This document shows positions 36,911-47,380 of a DNA stretch of 64,000 nucleotides, piece by piece. The notes under the pieces are model-generated. The model worked only from the letters and a program-made list of their open reading frames with translations. It did no database searches and was not told the DNA's origin. The stretch's first letter is position 1. Every line of letters begins with the position of its first letter. The position numbers and the translations under genes are program-made. The DNA is from Minisyncoccota bacterium (GTDB lineage: Bacteria > Patescibacteriota > Minisyncoccia > Phycocordibacterales > CAIZLB01). The DNA lies in contig JAIPIA010000001.1 of assembly GCA_021734945.1 (NCBI GenBank), positions 244,415 through 308,414 on the forward strand, in the 5' to 3' direction.

Positions 36911-39868
36911 TTAATACATCCTATTCTTCCTCTGCTTCAAAACTTTCGCCAAGTACTGCCCTGTATAACTCTTCTCAACGTTCGCAACTTCCTCTGGAGT
37001 TCCCTTTGCTACAACGTTACCACCCTTCACTCCACCTTCTGGACCAATATCGATAATGTAATCAGAACATTTAATAATATCCATACTGTGTTCGATAACT
37101 ACAACAGTGTTACCTTTTTGCACAAGCTTTTGCATGATTTCAATAAGCTTTCGTACGTCTTCGTAGTGAAGTCCAATAGTTGGTTCGTCGAGTAGATAAA
37201 TAGTTTTCTGAACATGCGGTCGATAGAGCTCAGCTGAGACTTTTACACGCTGTGCCTCTCCTCCAGAAAGCGTAGTGGCAGACTGACCAAGCTTGAGATA
37301 TCCGAGACCTACTTCATTGAGAGTTTGAAGTCGATCTGAAATAGACGGAATATCTTCGAAAAACGTCATTGCCTCTTCAATAGTCATTTCAAGTACTTCA
37401 AAAATATTCTTTTTTTTGTACTTAACTTCGAGAGTTTCTTTCATAAAACGCTTACCTAAACACACATCACACTGTACATATACCGTTGGGAGAAAATGCA
37501 TTTCTACTTCAATCATTCCATTACCCTGACATGTTTCGCATCGTCCACCTTTTACGTTGAATGAAAAACGACTCGCTCCCCAGCCTCGCGCTTTTGCCTC
37601 TGAGGTTTCAGCAAACATTTCTCGAACATGAGTCCATGCACCAGTATATGTAGCTGGGTTTGAACGTGGAGTTCGTCCAATAGGACTTTGGTCAATGAGA
37701 ATAGTTCGTCCAAGATACTCAGTACCACTGAAGCTTGTACAATTATATATGTTTGCAGTTCGATGATCTCTATCGAGTCGTGCTAACAGATTTTTGTGGA
37801 GAATTTCATACACAAATGAAGATTTACCAGAACCTGACACTCCAGTAACGGTAGTGAGTCGCCCTAGTGGAACATCAATATTCATATTTTTAATATTATT
37901 CACATTTCCTCCTGTGATTTTAAGCCAACCTTTGTTTTCATCACGTCGTCGTTCTGGCACTTCTACTACTCGTGTACCTCGAAGATAGTCGAGTGTTACT
38001 GACTCTGTAGGATTTTTCTTTGCAGTGAGTAATTCTTCAAGCCATCCAGCAGCAACCACATGTCCACCATGTACGCCAGCTCCTGGACCAATATCTACGA
38101 TGTAGTCTGCGGCAAAAATAGTATCTTCATCGTGCTCAACAACAATCACAGTATTACCCATATCTCGAAGCTGCACGAGAGTTTTGATAAGTCGGTCATT
38201 ATCACGCTGGTGAAGTCCAATAGTTGGCTCATCGAGTACGTAAAGCGCACCTACGAGTCCAGAACCAAGTTGTGACGCAAGACGAATACGTTGTGCTTCA
38301 CCCCCAGAAAGAGTGTTCGCTTTTCGATCGAGTGAAAGATAATCAATACCCACATCGTTCATAAAAACGAGTCGTGACATGATCTCTTTTATAATCACTC
38401 GTGAAATTTCTTGTTCTTTTTGATTTAATGGAAGTGTACTGAAAAATTCAAGTGAGTCTGCAATAGACATTGCAGTAAGGTCAACAATGTTGATTTTTAC
38501 ATCGCCATTTTTATCAATGCCTTTTGTCTCACCAGATTTTGGTGCGGCGTTTTTTGCGTCTTTTGCAGAAACCTTAGAGTCACCAAAATTTGCAACATGC
38601 TTTCCAACAAGAAATACATGCAATGCCTCAGGTCGAAGTCGTGCACCCTTACATACAGCACAAGGATCTTTTATGAAAAATTCACGAGTACCCAAACCAT
38701 TACATTCAGGACACGCACCATACGGAGAGTTGAATGAGAAAAGTCGTGGTTCAACTTCTGGAAATGAAAATCCGTCATGAGGACACATAAACTTTGATGA
38801 GATGAGGTGATTACCAACTGTCTGATCTTTGGCTTTTGGATCATGTTCATCTGTAATAATTCGAAGAAGTCCATCTGCTTCGTGAAGTGCTCGCTCTACT
38901 GCTTCATTAAGTCGCTCTCGGAATGCTGGAGTATTTTCCAAAATTTCAGAATAGTAAAATTGGTCAACAAGAACATCAATATCATGCTTCTTTGTTTTTG
39001 AAAGCACGATTTGTTCTCGAAGTTTCTTTGTAACACCATCAACTCGTACTTCACTGTACCCTTTTCCAAGTAGATCGTAGAGCATCTGATAGTACTCACC
39101 TTTTCGTCCAACAACTAGCGGTGCATACACTTTGAACACTCGATTATCAAGAGTGACGCCCATAACAGTTTTTGTACCTTCCGCACCAGACGCGCCATTT
39201 GTGCCGCCCTTTTTCTTGAGAAGTGCTTTTGTTTTAGTTCCACCGACACTGTCAGGTTTCTTTTCACCTGTTACAGCATCAACAGATCCAGCTACCAATT
39301 CACCATTTGTATCAACACCAGCATCATGCGCTGTACTTTGAACAGTATTAAAAATAGTTTGGAGAATTTCTTCTTTTGAAAGTTTTTTTATTTCACGTCC
39401 GCACTCTAGACAATGAGGCTTTCCAATTCGTGCAAAAAGAATACGTAAGTAGTCGTAAATCTCAGTAATAGTCGCCACTGTTGAACGTGGGTTATTTGAT
39501 CGAGATTTTTGATCAATAGAAATAGCTGGAGAAAGACCGATGATTTCATCAACATCAGGCTTTTGCATTTGTCGAAGAAATTGTCGTGCGTATGATGAAA
39601 GTGATTCAACATATCGTCGCTGACCTTCGGCAAAAATAGTATCGAATGCAAGCGATGATTTTCCAGAACCAGAGAGTCCAGTGATCACCACCATCTTATT
39701 TCGAGGCATCTCTACTGTGATGTTCTTGAGGTTATGAGTTCGCGCACCACGCACAATAAGCATGTCACCAGCTCCAGCTGACATGTCTGTTTTTGTAGCT
39801 TTTATGGGCGCGTTTTTCTTGTCGCCTTTGTGCCCGCTTGATGTGTGTGAATGGTTTTGTGCGCTCAT
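36911..39868 (-). CDS. uvrA: Excinuclease ABC subunit A
   Basis: Two ABC modules ([35 protein letters not shown]) and Zn fingers. Confidence 0.97.
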   Translation of the reverse strand: MSAQNHSHTSSGHKGDKKNAPIKATKTDMSAGAGDMLIVRGARTHNLKNITVEMPRNKMVVITGLSGSGKSSLAFDTIFAEGQRRYVESLSSYARQFLRQMQKPDVDEIIGLSPAISIDQKSRSNNPRSTVATITEIYDYLRILFARIGKPHCLECGREIKKLSKEEILQTIFNTVQSTAHDAGVDTNGELVAGSVDAVTGEKKPDSVGGTKTKALLKKKGGTNGASGAEGTKTVMGVTLDNRVFKVYAPLVVGRKGEYYQMLYDLLGKGYSEVRVDGVTKKLREQIVLSKTKKHDIDVLVDQFYYSEILENTPAFRERLNEAVERALHEADGLLRIITDEHDPKAKDQTVGNHLISSKFMCPHDGFSFPEVEPRLFSFNSPYGACPECNGLGTREFFIKDPCAVCKGARLRPEALHVFLVGKHVANFGDSKVSAKDAKNAAPKSGETKGIDKNGDVKINIVDLTAMSIADSLEFFSTLPLNQKEQEISRVIIKEIMSRLVFMNDVGIDYLSLDRKANTLSGGEAQRIRLASQLGSGLVGALYVLDEPTIGLHQRDNDRLIKTLVQLRDMGNTVIVVEHDEDTIFAADYIVDIGPGAGVHGGHVVAAGWLEELLTAKKNPTESVTLDYLRGTRVVEVPERRRDENKGWLKITGGNVNNIKNMNIDVPLGRLTTVTGVSGSGKSSFVYEILHKNLLARLDRDHRTANIYNCTSFSGTEYLGRTILIDQSPIGRTPRSNPATYTGAWTHVREMFAETSEAKARGWGASRFSFNVKGGRCETCQGNGMIEVEMHFLPTVYVQCDVCLGKRFMKETLEVKYKKKNIFEVLEMTIEEAMTFFEDIPSISDRLQTLNEVGLGYLKLGQSATTLSGGEAQRVKVSAELYRPHVQKTIYLLDEPTIGLHYEDVRKLIEIMQKLVQKGNTVVVIEHSMDIIKCSDYIIDIGPEGGVKGGNVVAKGTPEEVANVEKSYTGQYLAKVLKQRKNRMY

Positions 39869-39969
39869 AAATGTGTGCGTAGTATATGCTTTTTATATGA
39901 AAATGTAAAAACCCCCTTTCGTCGTGTACGACTACTCGGGGGCCTAAGCGAGATCGAGACTCGCCTACT

Positions 39970-40683
39970 TTACGCAATCAGTTTGAGATGCAGATCATTG
40001 TGGTGACCAGCGGACGTAGCCAAGGAGATGAATGTCTCTTGAACAGTTTCCTTGGAATCCACTTCGATGACTTTGAAGTCGCAGTATTGACGGAATGCAG
40101 TCAACACGCCCTCAACTTCCGCTTCATAGATTTCGACTCGACGACGGTTCTTTACCTCATCCAAATCAGTTGGACGAGGGGTTCGGCCAGCGGCGATATC
40201 TTCCTCGGCGCGTTTGCGTTGGCGAAGAACTGCGTCGTCTGCTGTAAGCTTGATTTTCGCGACAACAAATGGGATCAGGCCTTCCATGAAATACTCCACT
40301 TTTTGGAAAGCGAAGTGGACCTGCGCGGCCATACGGAAAATACCGCTGGCCACGATCGGTTCATCCTTGTTGATGGACTGCATATAGCGCTCAAAGCGCG
40401 GCAGAATTTCTTCATCAGGGACGAGTTCTCCTTTGCTGCTGCATTCGGCAAACAAGTTGCCGAAGCTCGTGTCGAATGCCGATGCGACTTTGCAAACCCT
40501 GCTCATGTCAACGAAGTGAGATGAGGGGTTGAGCAAGGAAGCGAGCATTCGACCGTGTGTTGTCTTACCTGATCCTGGAGCTCCGAAGATCACGTAACTG
40601 GGGTGTGCTGTTTTCAACATAATGGACTGAGTGCTAGTGTTGGTGGTTCTGGGTGAAATGAAAAGCTTGACTGAATTAGCCAA
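39970..40683 (-). CDS. Divergent adenylate/NMP kinase-like protein
   Basis: GAPGSGKTT and GELVPDE, but DGFPR replaced by SGIFR; higher GC; likely start M22 (40620). Confidence 0.7.
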   Translation of the reverse strand: MANSVKLFISPRTTNTSTQSIMLKTAHPSYVIFGAPGSGKTTHGRMLASLLNPSSHFVDMSRVCKVASAFDTSFGNLFAECSSKGELVPDEEILPRFERYMQSINKDEPIVASGIFRMAAQVHFAFQKVEYFMEGLIPFVVAKIKLTADDAVLRQRKRAEEDIAAGRTPRPTDLDEVKNRRRVEIYEAEVEGVLTAFRQYCDFKVIEVDSKETVQETFISLATSAGHHNDLHLKLIA

Positions 40684-40741
40684 GCGCTAGCACTATAACA
40701 CGCAACACCATACCAATCAATAATTAAGATAAGAGCAAAAA

Positions 40742-41431
40742 CTACTCAAACAACCTTTCCAACACATCACTGTGCACCTCATGAATCTGTTTAGCTCCGT
40801 CAAATTCATGTAAGTGTGCTTTTCCTTCAAACGCCGCATTGAGATGTGGAATACTGTTGAAATAAATACCAAGTCGCTGTGCAATAGCTTCTGGAGTGTC
40901 ATCAACACGAGCTTCCTTCCCTACTTTTATTAAACCCTCTGCGCGATCAAGACATCGCTTCATTGCATCAGCGTGTTCAAGCTTCATTCGTACGATTGCA
41001 ATCGGTGCTTCTTCCATTCCGTGATACACACGTGAAAGTTCATACAAATGCTGAGTTTGTAAACTAGTTCGTGGAAATCCATCAAATATTAAAACTTCTT
41101 TTGTATCTCCGCTTTGCTGTTTTTTTGAAAAATAATCTTTGAGAATTTCAAAAGTTAATTCGTCAGGAATAAGAACACCTGAGTACATCATTTGCAATGC
41201 CTCTTTATGTTCTGGCTTTTCACTAAATGGAAGTATACTTCGCAAAATATCTCCTACAGATGCATATTCAGCATCAATTTTATCTAAAATAAGTTTCAAC
41301 TGTGTAGTCTTACCAGACCCCTGTGGACCTGTGAGCGCAAGTACTTTGTATTTTGGTTTAAGTTTTTTTGAGTGCGGTGAGTGTGTTGAATTTGTTGAAT
41401 CTGATGTGTGCGGCTGATGTGATGTGGACAT
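40742..41431 (-). CDS. adk: Adenylate kinase (short LID type)
   Basis: GPQGSGKTTQ, SVGDILR, G.LIPD, FDGFPRT, R.DD. Confidence 0.85.
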   Translation of the reverse strand: MSTSHQPHTSDSTNSTHSPHSKKLKPKYKVLALTGPQGSGKTTQLKLILDKIDAEYASVGDILRSILPFSEKPEHKEALQMMYSGVLIPDELTFEILKDYFSKKQQSGDTKEVLIFDGFPRTSLQTQHLYELSRVYHGMEEAPIAIVRMKLEHADAMKRCLDRAEGLIKVGKEARVDDTPEAIAQRLGIYFNSIPHLNAAFEGKAHLHEFDGAKQIHEVHSDVLERLFE

Positions 41432-41664
41432 TTATGTGCGTGTTTTATGGAAATATTTTTGAAATAATATATGTACGTTTTGCATATATTTCTAGAGGGG
41501 TGGTGAAATATTCTCAATTTTCCACTTCTAGATATGCATTTTATATGTAAATGTGAAAATTACAAAACATCCCGAATATTAGCCATTACTTCAGCTTTTA
41601 TTGCAATATTCCCTTAGACTGCTATATTTGCCTTAGAAAAAAGTGAGCGAACAACCACTTAACT

Positions 41665-42528
41665 TTGGGTAAGGAAAAATTCAACAACCAAAACAACAAT
41701 ATGAAAACAAAACTGAACCCTCTGAGAAAGACGGTTCGCCGTTTTGTCTCAGTTGGAGAACAGAGATGGCTTCGCAAGATCCGTAAGGACGAGCAAGACC
41801 ATATGGATGAATTAGATCCAAGTACTCGGGTTAAAAGACCCAAGAAACCCGAGGAAAGTTCCTTTGTAAAGTTTATGAATCAGCTTAAGATGAGAGGTCC
41901 TAAAACACCTAACCTCTACGATCAATGGACAAAAGAGATTCATGAACGTATGCGGGAAAAAGGTACCTGGCCGACAGGCATGACTGACTGGGACCTCAAC
42001 ATTCTAGCTCAGTATCTCCAAGAACTTATGAAGAAATTTTGGAGATCAGTACCTCAACAGATACGCGAAAGAACTTTGTTTAAATGGTGCGATTCCTATG
42101 CTCACGATATGTGGGAGCGATGGACAGAGGTATTCGATTGCCCTGGTGTCAAACTCTTTAAAGACTATGACGCGCAACAGCAGGCTAAGATTTCCTTTGT
42201 GCGATCACTCAGAACCTACAAAAAGATTCACCACAGAATCCGCGAACATGGACGACGTAAAAAATTGTTCATCATGGCAACTTGGTCGCAACGAAGGAGT
42301 CTAACCCGTAACTACATTGATCACTACCCTGCAAGTGGGCACGGTAGATTTAGAGTTTGGAGTGAACACGACTGGGCAATCATGTACGAATCCTATGTTA
42401 AAGTCTCTCCTATTCTGATCATGCCTCACGTTATAAAAAAACTTGATCGCATAGATGATAACCACTGGACAGAACAGCGTATTCCGAAGTCAATGACCGA
42501 GGAAGAGCTCATGACCGCATTACTTTGA
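41665..42528 (+). CDS. Orphan Trp/Arg-rich hypothetical protein
   Basis: Long ORF on the strand opposite the uvr cluster; likely start ATG 41701. Confidence 0.6.
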   Translation: MGKEKFNNQNNNMKTKLNPLRKTVRRFVSVGEQRWLRKIRKDEQDHMDELDPSTRVKRPKKPEESSFVKFMNQLKMRGPKTPNLYDQWTKEIHERMREKGTWPTGMTDWDLNILAQYLQELMKKFWRSVPQQIRERTLFKWCDSYAHDMWERWTEVFDCPGVKLFKDYDAQQQAKISFVRSLRTYKKIHHRIREHGRRKKLFIMATWSQRRSLTRNYIDHYPASGHGRFRVWSEHDWAIMYESYVKVSPILIMPHVIKKLDRIDDNHWTEQRIPKSMTEEELMTALL

Positions 42529-42574
42529 AATATAGGTGGTGCGGTTTTTGCTTTTTTTGACCTTTAAATTCGCA

Positions 42575-45500
42575 TTACTGCAAACTCTGTCTCTTCGCCC
42601 GAATCCCCTTTACATCATCTTTACGTTTTTTTTCCGCGCGTTTTGCGTCACTTTCAAGTCGGGCTTTCATAGCTTTAATTTCATCACGTAAAATAGCAGC
42701 GGTTTCAAAATCAAGCTGTGCAACAGCTTCATCCATTTGAATTTCTTTAGCTCGAATAAACTTCTTTGGATCTTTATTAAATTCACTCGCATCGAGCACA
42801 AGTAAATTGTTTACAGTTTTCTGATGTTCACTCAAAATCTGCTCAGTAATATCCTGAATCTTTTTAGCAATAGTCTTTGGGGTAATACCATGCTCCGCAT
42901 TGTAAGCAAGCTGAATATCACGTCGTCGGTTTGTCTCTTTTATGGCTCGCTCCATTGAACCGGTCATCTGATCAGCATAGAGAATAACTCGTCCATCTAC
43001 GTTTCGCGCAGCACGACCGATAGTCTGAATGAGTGCTGTTTCAGAACGCAAAAATCCTTCTTTATCGGCATCGAGAATTCCAATCAAAGAAACCTCTGGC
43101 AAGTCGAGACCTTCTCGAAGTAGGTTTACTCCAACAAGAACATCGAACTTCCCTTTTCGAAACTCCGTCAAAATCTGAATACGATCAAGCGTCTCAATAT
43201 CACTGTGTATATAGTTTGTTTTAATTCCTCTTTCTTTGAGGAATTCTGTGAGGTCCTCCGCCATCTTTTTCGTAAGTGTTGTAGCAATTGCTCGCTGTCC
43301 ACGGACAATAACTTTTTCAGCTTCTTCAATGAAGTCAAAAATTTGCCCTACGTATTCTGCATTTTTTATTTTTTTTGCAGATTTTGCATTCTCTTTTGTT
43401 TCTTCTGGAGTTGCTCCCTTTTTACCTTTTGATTCATTTTTGAGATTTTCTTCAGCTTTACTTCCATGAGCAAGAGCTGTAATAGGCTTTACGACAAGTA
43501 CAGGATCAATAAGTCCAGTTGGACGAATAATCTGTTCTGCAATGTTTTGACTGTGTTCATACTCGTATGCACCAGGTGTGGCAGATGTATATATGAGCTG
43601 ACCAACTCGTTCTTCGAACTCAGCAAACTTAAGTGGTCGATTATCAGCAGCTGATGGAAGTCGAAAACCGAAATCAATAAGGTTTTTCTTTCGTGAAGCA
43701 TCACCCGCAAACATTCCACCAATCTGTGGAATGGCCACGTGTGATTCATCAACAACAGTTAGAAAATCTGGTACCTTTTTATTTTCAAGTTTACCTGTCT
43801 TAGGATTTTTTACTTGAATAGTTTTATGTGGAAAATATGAAAGCAATGTATCAGGCGCTTCCCCGGGAGCCTTTCCAGCAAAGTGTCTTGAGTAATTTTC
43901 AATACCACTGCAATATCCAACTTCACGTATAAGTGCAAGGTCATATGTTGTTCGTCGCTTGATTCGCTCTGCTTCTATAATTTTTCCAGCGTCCAAAAGT
44001 TTTTTTACCTGTATCTCCATCTCAGCTTTAATATCATCTATTGCTCGCTGTCGTTCATCCTCTGGAGTAACGAAGTGTTTAGCTGGAAATACAAAAAAAG
44101 CGTCCACTTCACCTTGGATAGCACGAGTAATGGCATCAATTTGTAAAATTTCCTCTATCACACTGAAACCTGGCGCCTGACCAATACCAAACGCTAATCG
44201 ATATACAACACGTTCATTCACAGGCATGATTTCCATAGTGTTTCCAACAGCACGGAATGTACCAGGAGTAAGATCTGCATTTGTTCTTGTAAATTGGAGA
44301 GAAATCAGTCGTCGGATAAATTCAGAACGATCCGCTTTCATACCTTTCTCAATTTTGAGATTTACTTTTTCATATTCTTCAGGTGAACCCAAACCGTAGA
44401 TACAAGAAACTGATGCAACAATAATCACGTCCTTACGTGTAAGGAGTGCTTGTGTTGAAGCATGCCGAAGTCGATCGATTTCCTCGTTGATCTGCGCTTC
44501 TTTTTCAATATATGTATCTGAGTGAGCGATGTATGCTTCAGGCTGATAGTAGTCATAGTACGAAACAAAATAGTGCACTGCATTTTCCGGAAAAAATTCT
44601 TTGTACTCTTGTGCAAGCTGTGCTGCGAGAGTTTTGTTGTGTGCAATTACAAGTGTAGGCTTCTGAACTTGAGCAATGACGTTAGCTGCTGTGTACGTAT
44701 TATGAACAAACATACCTCCATGACCCACTAGGAATGTTTCATTATCCTCTACTGAGAAATCGTATACATATTTTTCTCCTTCGATTTCTTGTATTTTCTT
44801 TACAGGTGACCAAAAGACATTTAACATGTTTTCTTTTTCAGCAATTTCTGAAGCAACAGACTCAAATTTTGAACTCAATTTCTTATTCAACGTCATATTC
44901 TTAGTTTTAAAGTAGGACAATATTGCAGTTGCAACATCTCTAGATGGCATTCTTAAACTTGATTCATAAAAAGAAATTAAAGATCTTGATATATTACAAT
45001 GATTAGCTAAATCTTCTTGAAATAGATTTAATTTTTCTCGCACTTCCTTAATCCAACTACCTCCAAGTGGAACAATGTCAACATTTGTATTATAAGTTGG
45101 GGCAATTTTCTCAGACAATTTTTTATTTTTTCTATTCAAACTGAATCCTATGTGTTTTTGAAATAATAAGAGATTCTTCTGACCTGATACAGTGAGCTTC
45201 CAAAAAGTATTTCTTACTTCCTTATTTGGAACTTTAACAAGTCTCTCGGAAAGACGTGTAGTGATACCGAATCTTAATAGAGCAAGAGATAATTGAGAGA
45301 TAAGTTCTTCGCTAGCTGACGTACATGTAATCTGGACACCATCAACCCCGCCATCGGCAGAGAAATAGGCCTTGAGCATTTCTGCAAGATTTTGATTTGA
45401 TAGTTGAGTCCAAAAGCTTGGTAATTTCTTATTTTGAGCATGACTTCCAAATAAGTTTTTAAATACATTCGCAATTATAGTAGAACTTGCTTGGTAATCA

Positions 45501-46720
45501 TAACTATCTTTTCTGTGAAAAACATGGAGTCCTAATTTACTTAGTGCACTTGAAAAATCAGATATTATCTCTGAATCAGCCGAAGAAATAACAATATATC
45601 CATTTGAAGCATGACCTTCAGCAATAAAATAACCAAAAAGTCGACACATTTCTTCGTCTATATTTATAAAAAGCGGAAGTGACACTTTCTTTGATTCGCT
45701 ACCAACGCCTTTTTCAAGATCAATTTCCAAAGATGGAAAATATGATGACAAAGTATCAAAATCTTGGACTTGAATTCTCTCTTCTGAATGAATCGCACTA
45801 TAGACCTTTTGATACATACCCATTTTTCTTAAACTAGCTTTTTCATGGTTAAAAATATTGAAGGGGTTTAGCATCGAACAATACATTTTTTCATGTATTG
45901 TGCAGTAATCTCTTATATTGAATGATGTAATAATGAATTTTGGCTCTGAAAGTCTTAATGGTGTTGGGACATAATCTCCTATTTGAACATCCCGAGTCTC
46001 TTTGAGAATTAGTTTGCCAGTTTTTTTATCTAAAACAAAAAAATTATGATTGTCTGTAACATTAACGTTTCGACCACAAGATGTTTCTATTTTATATAAA
46101 ACCGATGGAGAAACATGCCTTGTAAATTGCCTAATAGGCTTCCATTCAACTTCATTTGTAATAGGACTTATACTCAAGGCTTCAAAACCTAACTTTTTAG
46201 ATTCTAAAACTTCAGTATCATCTATAGTTTTAATCTCTGTATGTTTAGATAACAAATTTAAATCTATAAGCTGACCTATTCTTACAGTTTTTTCAATACC
46301 ATTTTCTCTAATATATACCTGGGTATCCCCTGTAACGCTTTTTCCTGAACCAGTCACACCAAGAAGTGTCTGATGTCGCAAACCCTTCTTTACGCCGTCC
46401 ACAAGGCTTTTTATGGCTTTTGGTTGGTCTCCAGCAGGCTTATACTCAGTGTTAAGTTTGAATCCAGCGTCACCAACAGAAGAAATATTACCCTCACTCC
46501 CAAAACCAGTTACCTGAGCATGTTCAGCGAATGAACCCTGAGTAATATCATCAGGATTATTTTTGGCATTTTTAGCAACCTCCGCCAAACGCAAAAAAGC
46601 ATCATCACGGTGTGCTTGGTTTGTTTTTTTAACCGGCTTTGGAACTTTCGGTGTTTTGACAAGTTTTTTAGGAATGTCATTTGTATTGTCTTCATAAACA
46701 CCTTTGGGCGACTTTTTCAT
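42575..46720 (-). CDS. uvrB: Excinuclease ABC subunit B containing an intein
   Basis: PAGDQP, LLGVTGSGK|intein|T, HNKTLAAQL, YYDYYQPEAY, DESH, SATPG, QTIGRAARN, C-terminal UVR domain. Confidence 0.96.
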   Translation of the reverse strand: MKKSPKGVYEDNTNDIPKKLVKTPKVPKPVKKTNQAHRDDAFLRLAEVAKNAKNNPDDITQGSFAEHAQVTGFGSEGNISSVGDAGFKLNTEYKPAGDQPKAIKSLVDGVKKGLRHQTLLGVTGSGKSVTGDTQVYIRENGIEKTVRIGQLIDLNLLSKHTEIKTIDDTEVLESKKLGFEALSISPITNEVEWKPIRQFTRHVSPSVLYKIETSCGRNVNVTDNHNFFVLDKKTGKLILKETRDVQIGDYVPTPLRLSEPKFIITSFNIRDYCTIHEKMYCSMLNPFNIFNHEKASLRKMGMYQKVYSAIHSEERIQVQDFDTLSSYFPSLEIDLEKGVGSESKKVSLPLFINIDEEMCRLFGYFIAEGHASNGYIVISSADSEIISDFSSALSKLGLHVFHRKDSYDYQASSTIIANVFKNLFGSHAQNKKLPSFWTQLSNQNLAEMLKAYFSADGGVDGVQITCTSASEELISQLSLALLRFGITTRLSERLVKVPNKEVRNTFWKLTVSGQKNLLLFQKHIGFSLNRKNKKLSEKIAPTYNTNVDIVPLGGSWIKEVREKLNLFQEDLANHCNISRSLISFYESSLRMPSRDVATAILSYFKTKNMTLNKKLSSKFESVASEIAEKENMLNVFWSPVKKIQEIEGEKYVYDFSVEDNETFLVGHGGMFVHNTYTAANVIAQVQKPTLVIAHNKTLAAQLAQEYKEFFPENAVHYFVSYYDYYQPEAYIAHSDTYIEKEAQINEEIDRLRHASTQALLTRKDVIIVASVSCIYGLGSPEEYEKVNLKIEKGMKADRSEFIRRLISLQFTRTNADLTPGTFRAVGNTMEIMPVNERVVYRLAFGIGQAPGFSVIEEILQIDAITRAIQGEVDAFFVFPAKHFVTPEDERQRAIDDIKAEMEIQVKKLLDAGKIIEAERIKRRTTYDLALIREVGYCSGIENYSRHFAGKAPGEAPDTLLSYFPHKTIQVKNPKTGKLENKKVPDFLTVVDESHVAIPQIGGMFAGDASRKKNLIDFGFRLPSAADNRPLKFAEFEERVGQLIYTSATPGAYEYEHSQNIAEQIIRPTGLIDPVLVVKPITALAHGSKAEENLKNESKGKKGATPEETKENAKSAKKIKNAEYVGQIFDFIEEAEKVIVRGQRAIATTLTKKMAEDLTEFLKERGIKTNYIHSDIETLDRIQILTEFRKGKFDVLVGVNLLREGLDLPEVSLIGILDADKEGFLRSETALIQTIGRAARNVDGRVILYADQMTGSMERAIKETNRRRDIQLAYNAEHGITPKTIAKKIQDITEQILSEHQKTVNNLLVLDASEFNKDPKKFIRAKEIQMDEAVAQLDFETAAILRDEIKAMKARLESDAKRAEKKRKDDVKGIRAKRQSLQ
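44699..46339 (-). mobile_element. Intein (547 aa) with LAGLIDADG homing endonuclease and XRE-like HTH
   Basis: Block A SVTGDT, block B VTDNH, LFGYFIAEG and LKAYFSADG, block F VYDFSVE, C-terminal VHN followed by Thr. Confidence 0.93.
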
Positions 46721-46834
46721 ATGGGTATCATACTAAACTTGCGGATAAGTTACAAAAGATTCAGAAAATGAAAAACCCGCCTTACAATCGGCGGGATTTC
46801 CACAGATTTGAGGCGGGGTGAGACAACTGGTAAC

Positions 46835-47239
46835 CTAACCTTCAATTTTCGGCTTTAACCAAGACCACACTGAGTCTTTGATAAACTCCAAGAAGTACAA
46901 GCAAAACGGAGTTGGAATTATAAAGATAGCGATTAGCCAACATGGCGGGTTGAGCCAGTTCGGACCAATCACAAACCCTTCCGTTACCTGATACGTGAAA
47001 TTAAACAATCCAACTACCGTATACAGCACCCATAAACTAGTGAAGGACACAGAGACGAGTGCGAAAACGAACTTGAAGAGTCCAATGAAAAACTTGGTAA
47101 GCATTGAGCCTAAACTATTTGGGTTGTCGACGACCACCTCGTTATTTTCAATGATGGAGAACCATATTGCCAGTATTCCAGCAAAAGACATTGAAATTTT
47201 GAGCCACTGAACGAGAAGATTAACTTTGAGAGTATTCAT
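46835..47239 (-). CDS. Orphan small membrane protein
   Basis: Three hydrophobic segments; hairpin terminator at about 46770-46800. Confidence 0.55.
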   Translation of the reverse strand: MNTLKVNLLVQWLKISMSFAGILAIWFSIIENNEVVVDNPNSLGSMLTKFFIGLFKFVFALVSVSFTSLWVLYTVVGLFNFTYQVTEGFVIGPNWLNPPCWLIAIFIIPTPFCLYFLEFIKDSVWSWLKPKIEG

Positions 47240-47380
47240 GAGAGGAGACCAAATCGCTGAAGTTTTGAAAGACCGGCAGAATTACCGAATCTACCTTCAA
47301 TTCTTACTCTTTTAATCATTGAAGTCAACCACACTAACAGCTTGCATACATCTAAGGTAAATTTAAATCAGAACAAATAT

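Noticed and set aside
37165-38240. Near-identical GTGAAGTCCAATAGTTGG repeats in uvrA
   Set aside because: Both encode the LDEPTIGLH Walker B motif of the two ABC domains; expected.
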